Below the pieces are notes generated by a model. It was not told the origin of the DNA. It ran no database searches and was given only the letters and a program-made list of their open reading frames with translations. The position numbers and the translations under genes were made by a program. Below, piece after piece: positions 10,246-20,214 of a DNA stretch of 64,000 bases; position 1 is the stretch's first letter; every line of letters starts with the position of its first letter. Source of the DNA: a virus; the IMG/VR virus record IMGVR_UViG_3300014839_000007; one strand, written 5' to 3'.

Positions 10246-10249
10246 AAAT

Positions 10250-11134
10250 TTATTTACTTGCCTTTGCCTTTATCGGAATTTCCCCCAAAATTAATTGAGG
10301 ATTAATTCCATCTTTTGTTAAGACAATCTTCGTGTTATTTTCCAAAGAAGCTTGAGTAACTTCTAATCTTTTCAATGTTATAGCATTGTCAACGAATGAT
10401 TTATTTATTAAATCAAATGCTTTAGCTTGTCCCTCTGCTGTTAAAATTCTTGCTAATTTATCTCCTTCTGCTCTTAAGATTTGTGCTTGTTTTTCTCCAT
10501 CAGCCTCTTTTATTGCAGCCCTTCTTTTACCATCAGCTTGTGTTTCATTAGCCGTAGCTAAATCCAATGCAGCATCCTTGGTATTTTGTGCCTTAATAAC
10601 ATTATTCATTGTTGCTTGAACATCTGCAGGAGGAATAATTTCTTTAAGTTCTACTTTAAGAACCCTAACACCCCAATCTTTAGTTTCTATAGATAATATG
10701 CTTTGAAGTTTATCATTGAGTATCTTTCTTTCACTATTTACTTCTTTGAAGAGCATAGTACCAATTACATTCCTTGCAGTTGTTCTTGCTAAAGTATCTA
10801 ACTGAGAATATACATCTTTAACTTCATACATTACATTATAAAGATTAGCTTTGTCCTTATCTATCTTAAAGTAAACAACTAAATCAACATTTGCATTAAG
10901 ATTATCTTTTGTAATAATCTCTTGTGGTTCTATATGTGTCATTTGTTCAGTAACATTAATTAATATTAATCTCTGAAATATAGGAAGCACATAATTAAGT
11001 CCTGGTTCTCTTATTCCAGAAAATTTTCCAAGAGTTTCTACAACTCCTCTGCTGTTTGGTCTAATTGTTCTTATTCCAGAAAGAAAATAAATCACCAAAA
11101 TAACTAAAATTGCATATAATATATATTCTATCAT
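10250..11134 (-). CDS. SPFH/band-7 (stomatin/prohibitin-like) membrane protein
   Basis: N-terminal TM helix, then a typical band-7 core (RGVVETLGKFSGIREPGLNYVLPIFQRL...DNLNANVDLVVYFKI) and an Ala/Gln-rich coiled-coil tail. Confidence 0.8.
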   Translation of the reverse strand: MIEYILYAILVILVIYFLSGIRTIRPNSRGVVETLGKFSGIREPGLNYVLPIFQRLILINVTEQMTHIEPQEIITKDNLNANVDLVVYFKIDKDKANLYNVMYEVKDVYSQLDTLARTTARNVIGTMLFKEVNSERKILNDKLQSILSIETKDWGVRVLKVELKEIIPPADVQATMNNVIKAQNTKDAALDLATANETQADGKRRAAIKEADGEKQAQILRAEGDKLARILTAEGQAKAFDLINKSFVDNAITLKRLEVTQASLENNTKIVLTKDGINPQLILGEIPIKAKASK

Positions 11135-11367
11135 TGTACAAGTTTACAACCACAATTTTCACAAATCTTATCTGCTAAATAAGCTTTTATTGTGGTTCCT
11201 TTTGGGATATCATAAGAGTATTCATCTTCACAATTCCCACATGCAATATTCATACTGTATGTTTCATCTTCGTCAGAATCTTCCTCTTCTTCTTCCTCTT
11301 CTTCGTCGTCTTCTTTCTCAGAACGTTTGTCTAAATCGTCTTTATCTTTTTTACCAAATAATCCCAT
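11131..11367 (-). CDS. acidic Zn-ribbon protein co-transcribed with the SPFH gene
   Basis: Poly-Glu/Asp tract, CGNCED...CENCGC. ATGA overlap with the SPFH gene. Confidence 0.45.
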   Translation of the reverse strand: MGLFGKKDKDDLDKRSEKEDDEEEEEEEEDSDEDETYSMNIACGNCEDEYSYDIPKGTTIKAYLADKICENCGCKLVQ

Positions 11368-11374
11368 TTTCTTT

Positions 11375-11746
11375 TTACCTCCTTATACCTCTATTTATCA
11401 ATTCTTGATTATCAATTTTTTCATTAGCTCTGCTTATTGCTCTATCCCAATTACATTTAATCCAATAATAAAAACCATAGATTATTGCTGCAAGAATAAA
11501 TAAGCAAATAAGTCCTACAATAGAATAGCCAATATAACTTTCAATAGATGTCATTGAACAAGTATAACAAAAAATATCATGTGGAGCACATGTCCTTTGG
11601 CAAGATAATTCAAAAGTTTTATCAATAAAAAACCCAGCATATGAAGACGCATAAAGACCGATTAATACTAATATAACTATCCCAATTTCTTTTGCTTTTT
11701 GTTTCCAAAAATATTTCCAAACTAAATTTTTCTTATCTTTTTCCAT
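11375..11746 (-). CDS. membrane protein (2-3 TM)
   Basis: Hydrophobic helices IGIVILVLIGLYASSYAGFFI and YSIVGLICLFILAAIIYGFYYWI. Confidence 0.4.
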   Translation of the reverse strand: MEKDKKNLVWKYFWKQKAKEIGIVILVLIGLYASSYAGFFIDKTFELSCQRTCAPHDIFCYTCSMTSIESYIGYSIVGLICLFILAAIIYGFYYWIKCNWDRAISRANEKIDNQELINRGIRR

Positions 11747-11799
11747 TTTAATTTAGTTTTATCACTCCAAAATTTTCAATATAAGGGTGTTTATGGTCT

Positions 11800-12093
11800 C
11801 TATAATTTAATGGTTTGATTATCATATTTCCATTTAATACAATCAAGTCCTAAATCTGTAGATAATTCCCCCGTGTCTATAAAATCTATATGTAATGAAT
11901 CGTCCCATAAATCACAAGCACTTAAACAAAAAGCATGGTTATTTAAATAATCCATCTCTCCTTGTATTTTTGATGTATCTACCAATGGTTTTGGTTGATA
12001 TAAGCAGATAGTTAATATACATCCAAGTAAGAGAGTAACTCCGACAATTATAACTATACTTTTAGCTTTCCTATCATCCTCTTTCTTTTCCAT
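11800..12093 (-). CDS. membrane-anchored protein
   Basis: N-terminal TM KSIVIIVGVTLLLGCILTICLY. Confidence 0.35.
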   Translation of the reverse strand: MEKKEDDRKAKSIVIIVGVTLLLGCILTICLYQPKPLVDTSKIQGEMDYLNNHAFCLSACDLWDDSLHIDFIDTGELSTDLGLDCIKWKYDNQTIKL

Positions 12094-12094
12094 T

Positions 12095-12529
12095 TTACCT
12101 CTTTATATACTCCCTATATTTTTTATTATCCTTTTCTTTTATCTTATAATTCTTGAGTTTTGTGTGGGCTCTCTTTCTCATTACCCTTCTCATTCTTGCA
12201 TTTTGTATCTCTCCCTTCCAATAGTCTCTATGATTTTTTCTCCACTTTGTTACATTTTTCTTAGCATTTGGATTCTTTTTTAACATAAGAGAAACATAAC
12301 AGGATTTACATATCCCTTTCGCATAAATTGCTCTTTTTCTATTACACCTCTGACACTTTTTTATTTTTATTATTCTTATTCTTTTAGTTGTTAAATTAAA
12401 TATTTCTATCTTACTTATATTTTCTTTACTTGTCCATAAGAGATTAATTTTTTGGTTTTCAGTCAAATTCCTGAATAGATACCCTACTCCATTTTTAAAA
12501 ATGTTTACATTAAATTTATATTTTTTCAT
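12095..12529 (-). CDS. basic Zn-binding protein (possible nucleic-acid binder)
   Basis: CQRCNRKRAIYAKGICKSCY followed by a lysine/arginine-rich tail. Confidence 0.4.
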   Translation of the reverse strand: MKKYKFNVNIFKNGVGYLFRNLTENQKINLLWTSKENISKIEIFNLTTKRIRIIKIKKCQRCNRKRAIYAKGICKSCYVSLMLKKNPNAKKNVTKWRKNHRDYWKGEIQNARMRRVMRKRAHTKLKNYKIKEKDNKKYREYIKR

Positions 12530-13158
12530 CTCTTTTTCTCTCTAATTCTTCAATACATCCTCTGTGAGTTTTCCAAATAATACACTGTTCGCAATAACCG
12601 CAAAGACAGTAAACATTTGTTTCTTTTCCACATAGTATACATATTTTTTTCAAAGAATTTCTCCTTATTTTATATTTTCTTTACACATATAATCTGCATA
12701 TTTAATATGCATCTCTTGATATTCTTCAAGTTCCGTCTTGGTTGGATTTCTTATTCTTTTAAAAGCTGTGCTATAATCTCTAAAGAGAGCTTTAATATCA
12801 TCTCTTTGATGGGTGTTCTGAATAGCATTTTCTAACTTTGCTTTCTCAATAGCTTCTTCCAACTTTGATTGATATCTTCTAAACATTTCATTTTACCTCT
12901 AATGCTAATATCTCAAGCTTTCCATTGCATTTTCTACAATTATTTAGGTGCTTTAAATCCTTGTGCCAAGTTATTGCTTCGTACCCACAATTGGTGCATT
13001 TTGTTTTAGTCATTTGTAATTTCATTTTTTCCTCTTATATAATCTTCTTTTTATATTTCCATCAATCCTGTGAACGACCAGTTCAAGATAGTCCATGTTT
13101 TTGTCAAACTCTTCTGTCTCTTCCCAGTCGTTCCAGTTAATACCAAACTTATCCATTT

Positions 13159-13923
13159 TTATATTTCCTTACAAGAGCAAACATTTTTAGTGTTAATTGT
13201 ACAAAGTACCTTTAAATCACTAAAGCTCTTCAATTTACTGTCTTTCATATAGCCACAGATAATGTCACTTCTTTTTTTGTAACTCAAATAATTTAAATAA
13301 TTCGGGGTTGTATTTACAGCAACTGCAGCAGTAACAGCCACAGGTTTATTTTCTAAAGTCTTTACTCTTCCTTCAATACTTGTTAGTCTTGAAAGTGTAT
13401 CTGTAATTGTCGTAACAACAGAGTTCTTCCATGCTTCTAATGTGGAAATTCTTTGGTCTTGTGCAGCTTGGTTTTGCTCTAATGCATTAACTTTTTGTTC
13501 TAATACATTAACTCTTTCAGTAAGCAATTCAATCTCACTTTTTGCAACAACCTTAGATAAGGTTAAATTAGCAAACATATTGTAACCATAACCACCCATT
13601 GCTTGAGTTACTTTATTAGTTTCGTATCCATTTCCATTATTTAATACTTGTACACTAATATTTACTCCAATAGCACAACCATTATTTAACAATTCACAAT
13701 CAAGCATATAAATATTGTTTGTGTGTGAATTTCCATTAGCTCCAATTACATCTGTTACTACATCACTCATTCCCACTGCAGGGTTCCACATTGTTATAAC
13801 ATAACCATTTGGGCTGGTTCCATCAGATGCATTATTTACAAATCCTACAACATAATGAGCTGCAGAAGCAAATGGCAAAATTGTCATTAATAATAGGCTT
13901 ATGTATAATATTTTATTTTTCAT
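13159..13923 (-). CDS. secreted protein with coiled-coil segment (possible virion or adhesin-like protein)
   Basis: Signal-peptide-like N-terminus MKNKILYISLLLMTILPFASAAH. Heptad region LEQKVNALEQNQAAQDQRISTLEAW. Gly/Asn-rich beta-like domain. Confidence 0.45.
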   Translation of the reverse strand: MKNKILYISLLLMTILPFASAAHYVVGFVNNASDGTSPNGYVITMWNPAVGMSDVVTDVIGANGNSHTNNIYMLDCELLNNGCAIGVNISVQVLNNGNGYETNKVTQAMGGYGYNMFANLTLSKVVAKSEIELLTERVNVLEQKVNALEQNQAAQDQRISTLEAWKNSVVTTITDTLSRLTSIEGRVKTLENKPVAVTAAVAVNTTPNYLNYLSYKKRSDIICGYMKDSKLKSFSDLKVLCTINTKNVCSCKEI

Positions 13924-14111
13924 TTCTTTTTACCTCCTTTTATTATTCTATAATATTTTGTTCTGTAGTTTTTATTAAGTTTATTCTTGCAGCAGCAACA
14001 TATCTAAAGTTACACTCATCACAACATTGTCCTTTTTCTCTTACTGGTCTTGGATTGTTTCCAAATCCTTGACAGTTCTTTCCACATATACAACATTTAA
14101 AGTTTTTCATT

Positions 14112-14486
14112 TTAAATCCTTTCCTGTTTACAACCTTTTTTTAAACATCTCCACCTTCCGTTTCCACAAAGGCTTCCTGACTCTCCAAATCCACATTTTA
14201 AGTGAAGCATTTCTTTTTTACATTTCTTGCATTCTAATATTTTATAAGTATCTTTATCAATTAATACTTTTAACTTATCTTTATTAATCAAATTTCCATT
14301 TTGTACAGGAAGTTTATCAATTTTCTTTATAATCTCATCCTGTTGAAGTTGAAGTGCTAATACACAAATACGGAACATATCAAATTCATCCCCTTTTTTT
14401 AATTTTGGGAGCATCTTTTTTGCTTCTTCATATATTTTTTCTTTATTATTCATTTTTCCTCTCCTTGTCTTTAAATTCATTTTCAA
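14112..14486 (-). CDS. Cys-rich Zn-binding protein
   Basis: CKKCKKEMLHLKCGFGESGSLCGNGRWRCLKKGC. Confidence 0.35.
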   Translation of the reverse strand: MKMNLKTRRGKMNNKEKIYEEAKKMLPKLKKGDEFDMFRICVLALQLQQDEIIKKIDKLPVQNGNLINKDKLKVLIDKDTYKILECKKCKKEMLHLKCGFGESGSLCGNGRWRCLKKGCKQERI

Positions 14487-14710
14487 TTTTACTAACTTCC
14501 TGCATCATTTTAGTTAAGTCATCTTGAGCGTCTTCATTAACTGTAGCATGGTTCATAAAAAATCTAATTATTATTCTGTGCTGAGCTTGTACTTTTGCTA
14601 ATGTTATTACGCTTTCTTCCAGATAGTCATATAACTCTTTTAAGTCTTTTATAGATTCCTCAAACTCCTTAGATATTTCGGTTAGTCTTTTTATATCTTC
14701 ATCATAATTT

Positions 14711-15475
14711 TTATTTTTTCCGAACATTTTTTATTCCTTTATCTTCATATAATTTTTTATATTTACTTAAACTTAAATCAGAATAATTAGCCATTATTCC
14801 ACCAGGATTTATTCTATATTTTACTAAAATATTCTTTATATTCTTTAATCTCTTTTTATAATAAATAAGAAGAAGATAAAAGGGATGGTCCGGATTACAT
14901 TGATATTTAATCTTCTCGTTTCTAAACATTATGCTTGAATGAATAAAGGAATTTGAAATACCCACTCTATATTTATAAATCCAAGAGGGTATCCATTGTC
15001 TCTTAATTATTCTTTCAAGTTCATTACCATATTTATCTATTACAACTGCTGAACTTCCAATCATAAATATTTTTGGGTGTTTTTCCAAGTAATCATATTG
15101 AACTTGTAGTCTATTTGGATAAGAGTAATCATCTGCATCTAATCTTGCAATATATCTGCCTTTTGCAATTTCTAAACCTTTATTTACAGTTTTAAATAAT
15201 AAATCAAATCCTAAATTAATTGGATTTTCTAAATAAACAATTCGTTTATCTTTCTTCATATATTCTCGGATAATCTCCTTCGTTTTATCCGTAGAACCAT
15301 CATTAACAATTATTAATTCAAAATCCTTAAACGTTTGATTTAAAATACTTTCAATAGCTTCTCTTATGAACATATCTGTATTATAAACAGTCATCAAAAC
15401 ACTTATCTTTGGAGTATTATCCATTAATTGAAAAGTATGGTAGTTTAATTGTTCTTTCTCTATCTTATTTCCCAT
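14711..15475 (-). CDS. family-2 glycosyltransferase (GT-A fold)
   Basis: ISVLMTVYNTDMFIREAIESILNQTFKDFELIIVNDGSTD plus the DAD motif (ARLDADD). Confidence 0.75.
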   Translation of the reverse strand: MGNKIEKEQLNYHTFQLMDNTPKISVLMTVYNTDMFIREAIESILNQTFKDFELIIVNDGSTDKTKEIIREYMKKDKRIVYLENPINLGFDLLFKTVNKGLEIAKGRYIARLDADDYSYPNRLQVQYDYLEKHPKIFMIGSSAVVIDKYGNELERIIKRQWIPSWIYKYRVGISNSFIHSSIMFRNEKIKYQCNPDHPFYLLLIYYKKRLKNIKNILVKYRINPGGIMANYSDLSLSKYKKLYEDKGIKNVRKK

Positions 15476-15896
15476 TAATTACCTCTAATTCATTTTCTTC
15501 AAAATAATAGACTTCATTATCTCTTAATTTCATTGCTCCAATTGGTAACAATCTTTCATCCCTATTTCTTTCTACAATAACAAATATATCCCCTTTTCTG
15601 TAAAGAGTATCAAAATCTGCTTTAGCTTTATATTTTCTATTATCTCTTTTATTCATATTTTCTACTTGTCCTCATTTTTCTTAATTTATTTAACATCTTT
15701 TTTAATTCTTGCTTTTTTCTTAATAATTCCTTTTCTCCTTTAATACTATTCTCTATAATCTTCTCTTGTCTTTTAAACTCTTGTTTTATTTCGGCATTGG
15801 TTGGTTCAGTAATCTTCACAAAACCTTTATTTCTAAATCCAGCTTTTACATAAATAACATGGTTTCTTCCCTTAATCTTTGCTATATACTGTCTAT

Positions 15897-16475
15897 TCAT
15901 TTTTTCTTCTCCTTTATTACAAATGATTTTTCTAACTCTATATAAAATTCTTCTAAATTCATTATATCAATGACTAAGATATTTTTATTTTGTTTAGCAA
16001 AGATTAATACATATCCCTTTACCTTTTTTACATAAAGGTTTGAACCCCTTAATCTGCTTAAAGAGAGTTTATCTTTTCTTAGTTTATTAAAAATATTATT
16101 GATTGGTTTCTGAATAGATTTAGTTAATTTATCAAATTTCTTAATAAAATCTTTATGCACAAAAACTTCTTTCATTTTCCCTTCCTCTAGGTATGGTCTT
16201 CCAGTTTCATATCCTAAACTGTTCAGCATCTTTTTCATTCTCTTTAGATAATTTATAGTTTCATCTAATTCTGTAAACCAAAATACTGCCTTATAATCAA
16301 AGTCTTTATATTTCTTTTTACATCCTATAATTTTACGTCTCATAACTGGTTCTTTTTCAATTGAAAATAATCCACCATCCCAAAGACAAATATCTTGGTT
16401 TTTCAAATCAAATGATGCAGCACCATTTTTGTGAATCCATTTTTCAGTTATTTCTTTCTTGTTTAATTTTTTCAT
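15897..16475 (-). CDS. hypothetical protein (192 aa)
   Basis: Minus-strand ORF joined to its neighbours by ATGA overlaps. Confidence 0.35.
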   Translation of the reverse strand: MKKLNKKEITEKWIHKNGAASFDLKNQDICLWDGGLFSIEKEPVMRRKIIGCKKKYKDFDYKAVFWFTELDETINYLKRMKKMLNSLGYETGRPYLEEGKMKEVFVHKDFIKKFDKLTKSIQKPINNIFNKLRKDKLSLSRLRGSNLYVKKVKGYVLIFAKQNKNILVIDIMNLEEFYIELEKSFVIKEKKK

Positions 16476-16498
16476 TCTTTTATTTCCTCTTTATTTAC

Positions 16499-16723
16499 TT
16501 ACTTTTTCTTCAATTTTGGTTTTTCCTTTGAACCACTCCACATACACATTGTAGCGAGTATATTCAATAGTAAAATTACAAGAGCTCCAAGACAAATTAG
16601 TAATACTTTTGTAGTAAGCCAATCCCAATGAATTAGTGTCATACAAAATATTATCAATGCAAGGAATTCACCTATAAAGATACCTGCTCCTGCCCAAAAT
16701 CTATGCTTATTCATTATTTTCAT
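16499..16723 (-). CDS. small two-TM membrane protein with charged C-terminus (holin-like topology)
   Basis: Two hydrophobic helices followed by KEKPKLKKK. Topology alone supports this call. Confidence 0.3.
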   Translation of the reverse strand: MKIMNKHRFWAGAGIFIGEFLALIIFCMTLIHWDWLTTKVLLICLGALVILLLNILATMCMWSGSKEKPKLKKK

Positions 16724-16736
16724 ACCTTACCTCCTT

Positions 16737-17000
16737 TCACTCTCTTTTCTCTTTTAATTGTTTAATTGTCCAGTATGGCATTTTCTTTTCTACATATCCT
16801 CTTTTATATAGTCTACATAAAACATAATATGCTTTAGCTGTATTTTTAGCATCATCTTTTCCATATATCTCTTTTGCAATCTCTTGAGTCTTAAATGCAT
16901 GAGTCTTATTTTTTAATAAGAAGTTTAAAAATAAAGCTTGCTTTTTTGTGCTTCTCTCTCGATAAAAAGCTTCATCATTAAATTGTTCTTTTGTAATCAT
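16737..17000 (-). CDS. winged-helix-like DNA-binding protein
   Basis: TQEIAKEIYG...YYVLCRLYKRGYV resembles the wHTH paralogs at 1298 and 1921. Confidence 0.35.
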   Translation of the reverse strand: MITKEQFNDEAFYRERSTKKQALFLNFLLKNKTHAFKTQEIAKEIYGKDDAKNTAKAYYVLCRLYKRGYVEKKMPYWTIKQLKEKRE

Positions 17001-17041
17001 AATATATATCCCAATCTATATCCATATTTAAATTATTTAAA

Positions 17042-17266
17042 CTATTTAAATGTATCGTTTTTTATATCCTCTTTCATATTCTTTTCCTGTAATTGTAAAA
17101 TATTATCAATTGCCTTTTCAAGCCTATGTAGTCTTGTTTCCATTTGAGATAATTTCCTTTTTGTGTTGCAATTATTGCAGGTTAATTTGTCATCTTCTTT
17201 AGTCAGTAGTTTTCCGCAATCAGTACATTTCTTTTCCCTTTTCATTTGTTTATAAAAATCGTTCAT
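17042..17266 (-). CDS. Zn-ribbon/coiled-coil protein
   Basis: CTDCGK...CNNCNTK. Confidence 0.35.
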   Translation of the reverse strand: MNDFYKQMKREKKCTDCGKLLTKEDDKLTCNNCNTKRKLSQMETRLHRLEKAIDNILQLQEKNMKEDIKNDTFK

Positions 17267-17646
17267 TAATCTTCTAAACCTCTATATTTGGTTTTTATTT
17301 TTTTATCTTTCTTTTGTCCTATCTTGTTTTTATTAATCCAGAATTCAATTACTTCTATTAAATCAAAAGAGTCTGGGTCGTACTGGTCACTGACACCTAT
17401 CACTTTTACTTTTTTTAGATACTCTTTAAAAGTATTAGCAATAAACATTTCTTGTGATAAATCCATAACATAAACTATGTCTGCCCATTTAAGTAATTTT
17501 TCGTTCAACCTTTCTGGATAACCATAATAAACTCCACAGCTTTTAACATTAAATTGCGGAAGGTTCTTCTTAAAATAATGCTCGAAGGAAGGACTTCTGT
17601 TTAGATTAGCGGCACATACAAATAAGAGCTTATTTTTCTTTATCAT
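17266..17646 (-). CDS. low-molecular-weight protein tyrosine phosphatase / ArsC-like (CX5R P-loop)
   Basis: LLFVCAANLNRSPSFEHYF matches the LMW-PTP signature VCxGNxCRSP. A DP motif is present near the C-terminus. Confidence 0.65.
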   Translation of the reverse strand: MIKKNKLLFVCAANLNRSPSFEHYFKKNLPQFNVKSCGVYYGYPERLNEKLLKWADIVYVMDLSQEMFIANTFKEYLKKVKVIGVSDQYDPDSFDLIEVIEFWINKNKIGQKKDKKIKTKYRGLED

Positions 17647-17960
17647 TTTATTTCCTCAATTTTCTTTAATGCTTTTGCTACAAGTTTATCGTCATAATAT
17701 TTTTCATAATCCCCATTATCTGCGCTTTCACTTCCATAATTATCTCCACAACTTCTTAACGCTTCTTCACAGATATTTATTACTTCAATTAATTCTTTTT
17801 TTGTTACCATTTATACAAAACTCATAGCTCCTTTAATAATCATACATATAATCATACATATTGCAATAATCATTGGAAAAAAATGTCCAAATCCTAGTAC
17901 AATTATTATAATCGCTGCCAGTATATCTAAAGCTCCCATTAATGCACTTATTGCTTCCAT

Positions 17961-18167
17961 TTAATTACCATTTCCTTTTTTAGCTCTACATTTTTTACAA
18001 TTATACCTAATTCCATATTTCCTTGATTTATCTTTTTGGAAATATCTTTTATATAAATATTTTTTACAATCTCCACATTTAAATTTATGTGCTTTAACTT
18101 TTTTTCTTTTACACTTATGTTTACTTTTATTTTCTACAAATTCCCCACAAAACTTACACCTTTTCAT
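17961..18167 (-). CDS. basic Zn-ribbon protein
   Basis: CKFCGE...HKCK...CGDCKK...CKKC. Confidence 0.35.
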   Translation of the reverse strand: MKRCKFCGEFVENKSKHKCKRKKVKAHKFKCGDCKKYLYKRYFQKDKSRKYGIRYNCKKCRAKKGNGN

Positions 18168-18703
18168 TTTGGTTCAAACCCCACAGTAACCATTGGAGAA
18201 GTATCTACATAATTTTCTCCGAATACAATATTTAAATTCATATCTAGCATTCTTTGTAATCTTGCTGGAACAGACAAATAATAATTAGATACTCCTTCAT
18301 ATCTTTGTCTAGGTTCTCTTAAAGAGAATGTAACTACGAATAGTTTACAGACTCTTATTTTATCTTTTAATTTAAGAATATTCTCTTTTTCTCCAGATAA
18401 AGTTCCGCAAAAATCTAAATAAATAACATCTGCTTTTAATTTACTGGATTTAAAGTTTGATATATTTCCCCTATTTAAGGATAGAATATTCTTAAATTTA
18501 GATTTATATTGTTTCATTCTTTTATAGACTGTATAATCCTTTTCATAGATTAAAAATTTAACATTAGGCAACATTTTAACTAATTCAAATTTTGGAGACT
18601 CTAATGCTAAAATCTTCTTTGGCTTATATTTCAAGATAAGGTCCGTTAGTCTTTGCCTAACCTTATCTTTATTTGGTCTATCTTCTTTATAATCAAATTC
18701 CAT
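18164..18703 (-). CDS. hypothetical protein; possibly a Rossmann/SAM-dependent methyltransferase
   Basis: DVIYLDFCGTLSG resembles SAM-binding motif I. Adjacent to a ParB-nuclease-domain gene. Weak call. Confidence 0.25.
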   Translation of the reverse strand: MEFDYKEDRPNKDKVRQRLTDLILKYKPKKILALESPKFELVKMLPNVKFLIYEKDYTVYKRMKQYKSKFKNILSLNRGNISNFKSSKLKADVIYLDFCGTLSGEKENILKLKDKIRVCKLFVVTFSLREPRQRYEGVSNYYLSVPARLQRMLDMNLNIVFGENYVDTSPMVTVGFEPK

Positions 18704-18706
18704 TTA

Positions 18707-19654
18707 TCACTTCCCCTTTTTTAAATAGTTAGATATCTTTATTACTGCATCTATCAATTCCTTCTTTTGAGATTTAGAAATTCCCTTTAAGTTCCATTGC
18801 TTTCTTATTCTGTTATAGAAAGTTTCTATATCAAAAAGATAAGTATCAAATTCAGAATGCGTATCTTCTATTTCATTTGACTTATTAAGTTCTTCGAATG
18901 TTTTTGCCTTTGCTATCGCTTTCTTTTGTTTATTAGTTTTAGTTTTATCAGCTTCAAGTTTCCTAAACATATGGGTCATCTTTCTTGGAAGTAATGCTCC
19001 TGGACTTTTTCCTGTCTTTTTATGATGCTCAACTACAGCTTCTTTCATACCACTCCTTATACTTTCATCTCTTGAAGCATGTTTTATCTCTGAAATAATG
19101 TATGGGCTTTTTCCTTCCATAGCCATCTTTTTCAATCCTTTATCTTTTTCAGTTACTATATCATTTGCCATATCAAAATATGCCGATGAATATCCAGTTA
19201 ACTGAGAAAGTCTTTTTACAATATTTCCTTTTTTTCCTTCTTTTTTCCAGGTCTTAGCATATCTCTCAATAGCCTTAGCCATTTCAGTTACACTTATATG
19301 TACTCTTTTTGAGCCTACCCTAAACTGAGTTTCATAAACATCCAATTCAGAAAGTTCAGGTCTAATTTCTGCATCTATTTTATCCCAGCCCAAAAAGTCT
19401 TTAGCAGCTAAGATTCTTCTATATCCATCTATTACAAACCATCTAGAATTTTTATTTTTGACTGCATCCTTTCCAATGACTAAAGAGCCATCTGGTTTTT
19501 TATAATGATACGTTAAAATAATTGGGACAATTTGTCCTGCTTCTTCCATATCATCAGCTAAATCCTGCATCTTGTCATGTTCAATAGTTTGCCTTGGTTG
19601 TGAAGTATCTAAATCAATATCTTTTATTAGCACCTCTTTTATTATTCTTTTCAT
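18707..19654 (-). CDS. ParB-like nuclease (ParB/Srx N-terminal) domain protein
   Basis: QIVPIILTY...FVIDGYRRILAAKDFL matches the ParB N-terminal GxxR box. Long basic C-terminal extension. Confidence 0.6.
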   Translation of the reverse strand: MKRIIKEVLIKDIDLDTSQPRQTIEHDKMQDLADDMEEAGQIVPIILTYHYKKPDGSLVIGKDAVKNKNSRWFVIDGYRRILAAKDFLGWDKIDAEIRPELSELDVYETQFRVGSKRVHISVTEMAKAIERYAKTWKKEGKKGNIVKRLSQLTGYSSAYFDMANDIVTEKDKGLKKMAMEGKSPYIISEIKHASRDESIRSGMKEAVVEHHKKTGKSPGALLPRKMTHMFRKLEADKTKTNKQKKAIAKAKTFEELNKSNEIEDTHSEFDTYLFDIETFYNRIRKQWNLKGISKSQKKELIDAVIKISNYLKKGK

Positions 19655-19659
19655 TTCAT

Positions 19660-19995
19660 TTACCTCCTTTTAGCTCTTTCATTAACTATTTTTAAATTAT
19701 CTTTTGCTTTACATTTATCTATAATTAATTTCTTTCTATTAATACCAATATTTTCCATTACTCCACATTCATTAAAAAAATCTCTCCATTCTAAAGCATT
19801 TTCCTGTTGTGCGAGAGATTTACCTTTTTCTTCTATTTGTAAAGGAGTTATTGCAGAAACTTTATAACCTTCATTTAATAAATCTCTTATAGAATAAACA
19901 TCTCCATCATCTAATATCCAACCCTCGTCATCCTTAACTCCATAAATCTTATTACCTTCAAAAAGATAATCTTCTACAAATATAACTCCTTTCAT
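19660..19995 (-). CDS. conserved hypothetical protein, paralog of 33894..34250
   Basis: YLFEGNKIYG(V/I)KDD(E/D)GW(I/V)LDDGD(V/I)YSI(R/K)DL(L/I)xEGYKVSAITPLQIEEKGK is nearly identical in the two copies. Confidence 0.45.
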   Translation of the reverse strand: MKGVIFVEDYLFEGNKIYGVKDDEGWILDDGDVYSIRDLLNEGYKVSAITPLQIEEKGKSLAQQENALEWRDFFNECGVMENIGINRKKLIIDKCKAKDNLKIVNERAKRR

Positions 19996-20214
19996 ATCTG
20001 CTTCTTTTTCTAATTTTTCAATTTCTTTATCTATCTTGTTTTATTTAATTTGTCAATAGACTTCCTTCTTGTTTTTGTATTTTTAAATTTTAAATCATAC
20101 GAAAGCTTATTTGACTTTTTAATATTCTCTTTGCTCCATAAATCGCTATCGCAATTTGGACAAACATCTAAATCGTCTCTTACAAGTTCAGCACAAACTG
20201 GGCATAAGTTCATT

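Noticed and set aside
16499-16723. Holin, with a lysis cassette
   Set aside because: Only the two-TM plus charged-tail topology supports it. No endolysin (lysozyme, amidase or peptidase) is recognisable nearby, so it is kept as a low-confidence membrane protein.
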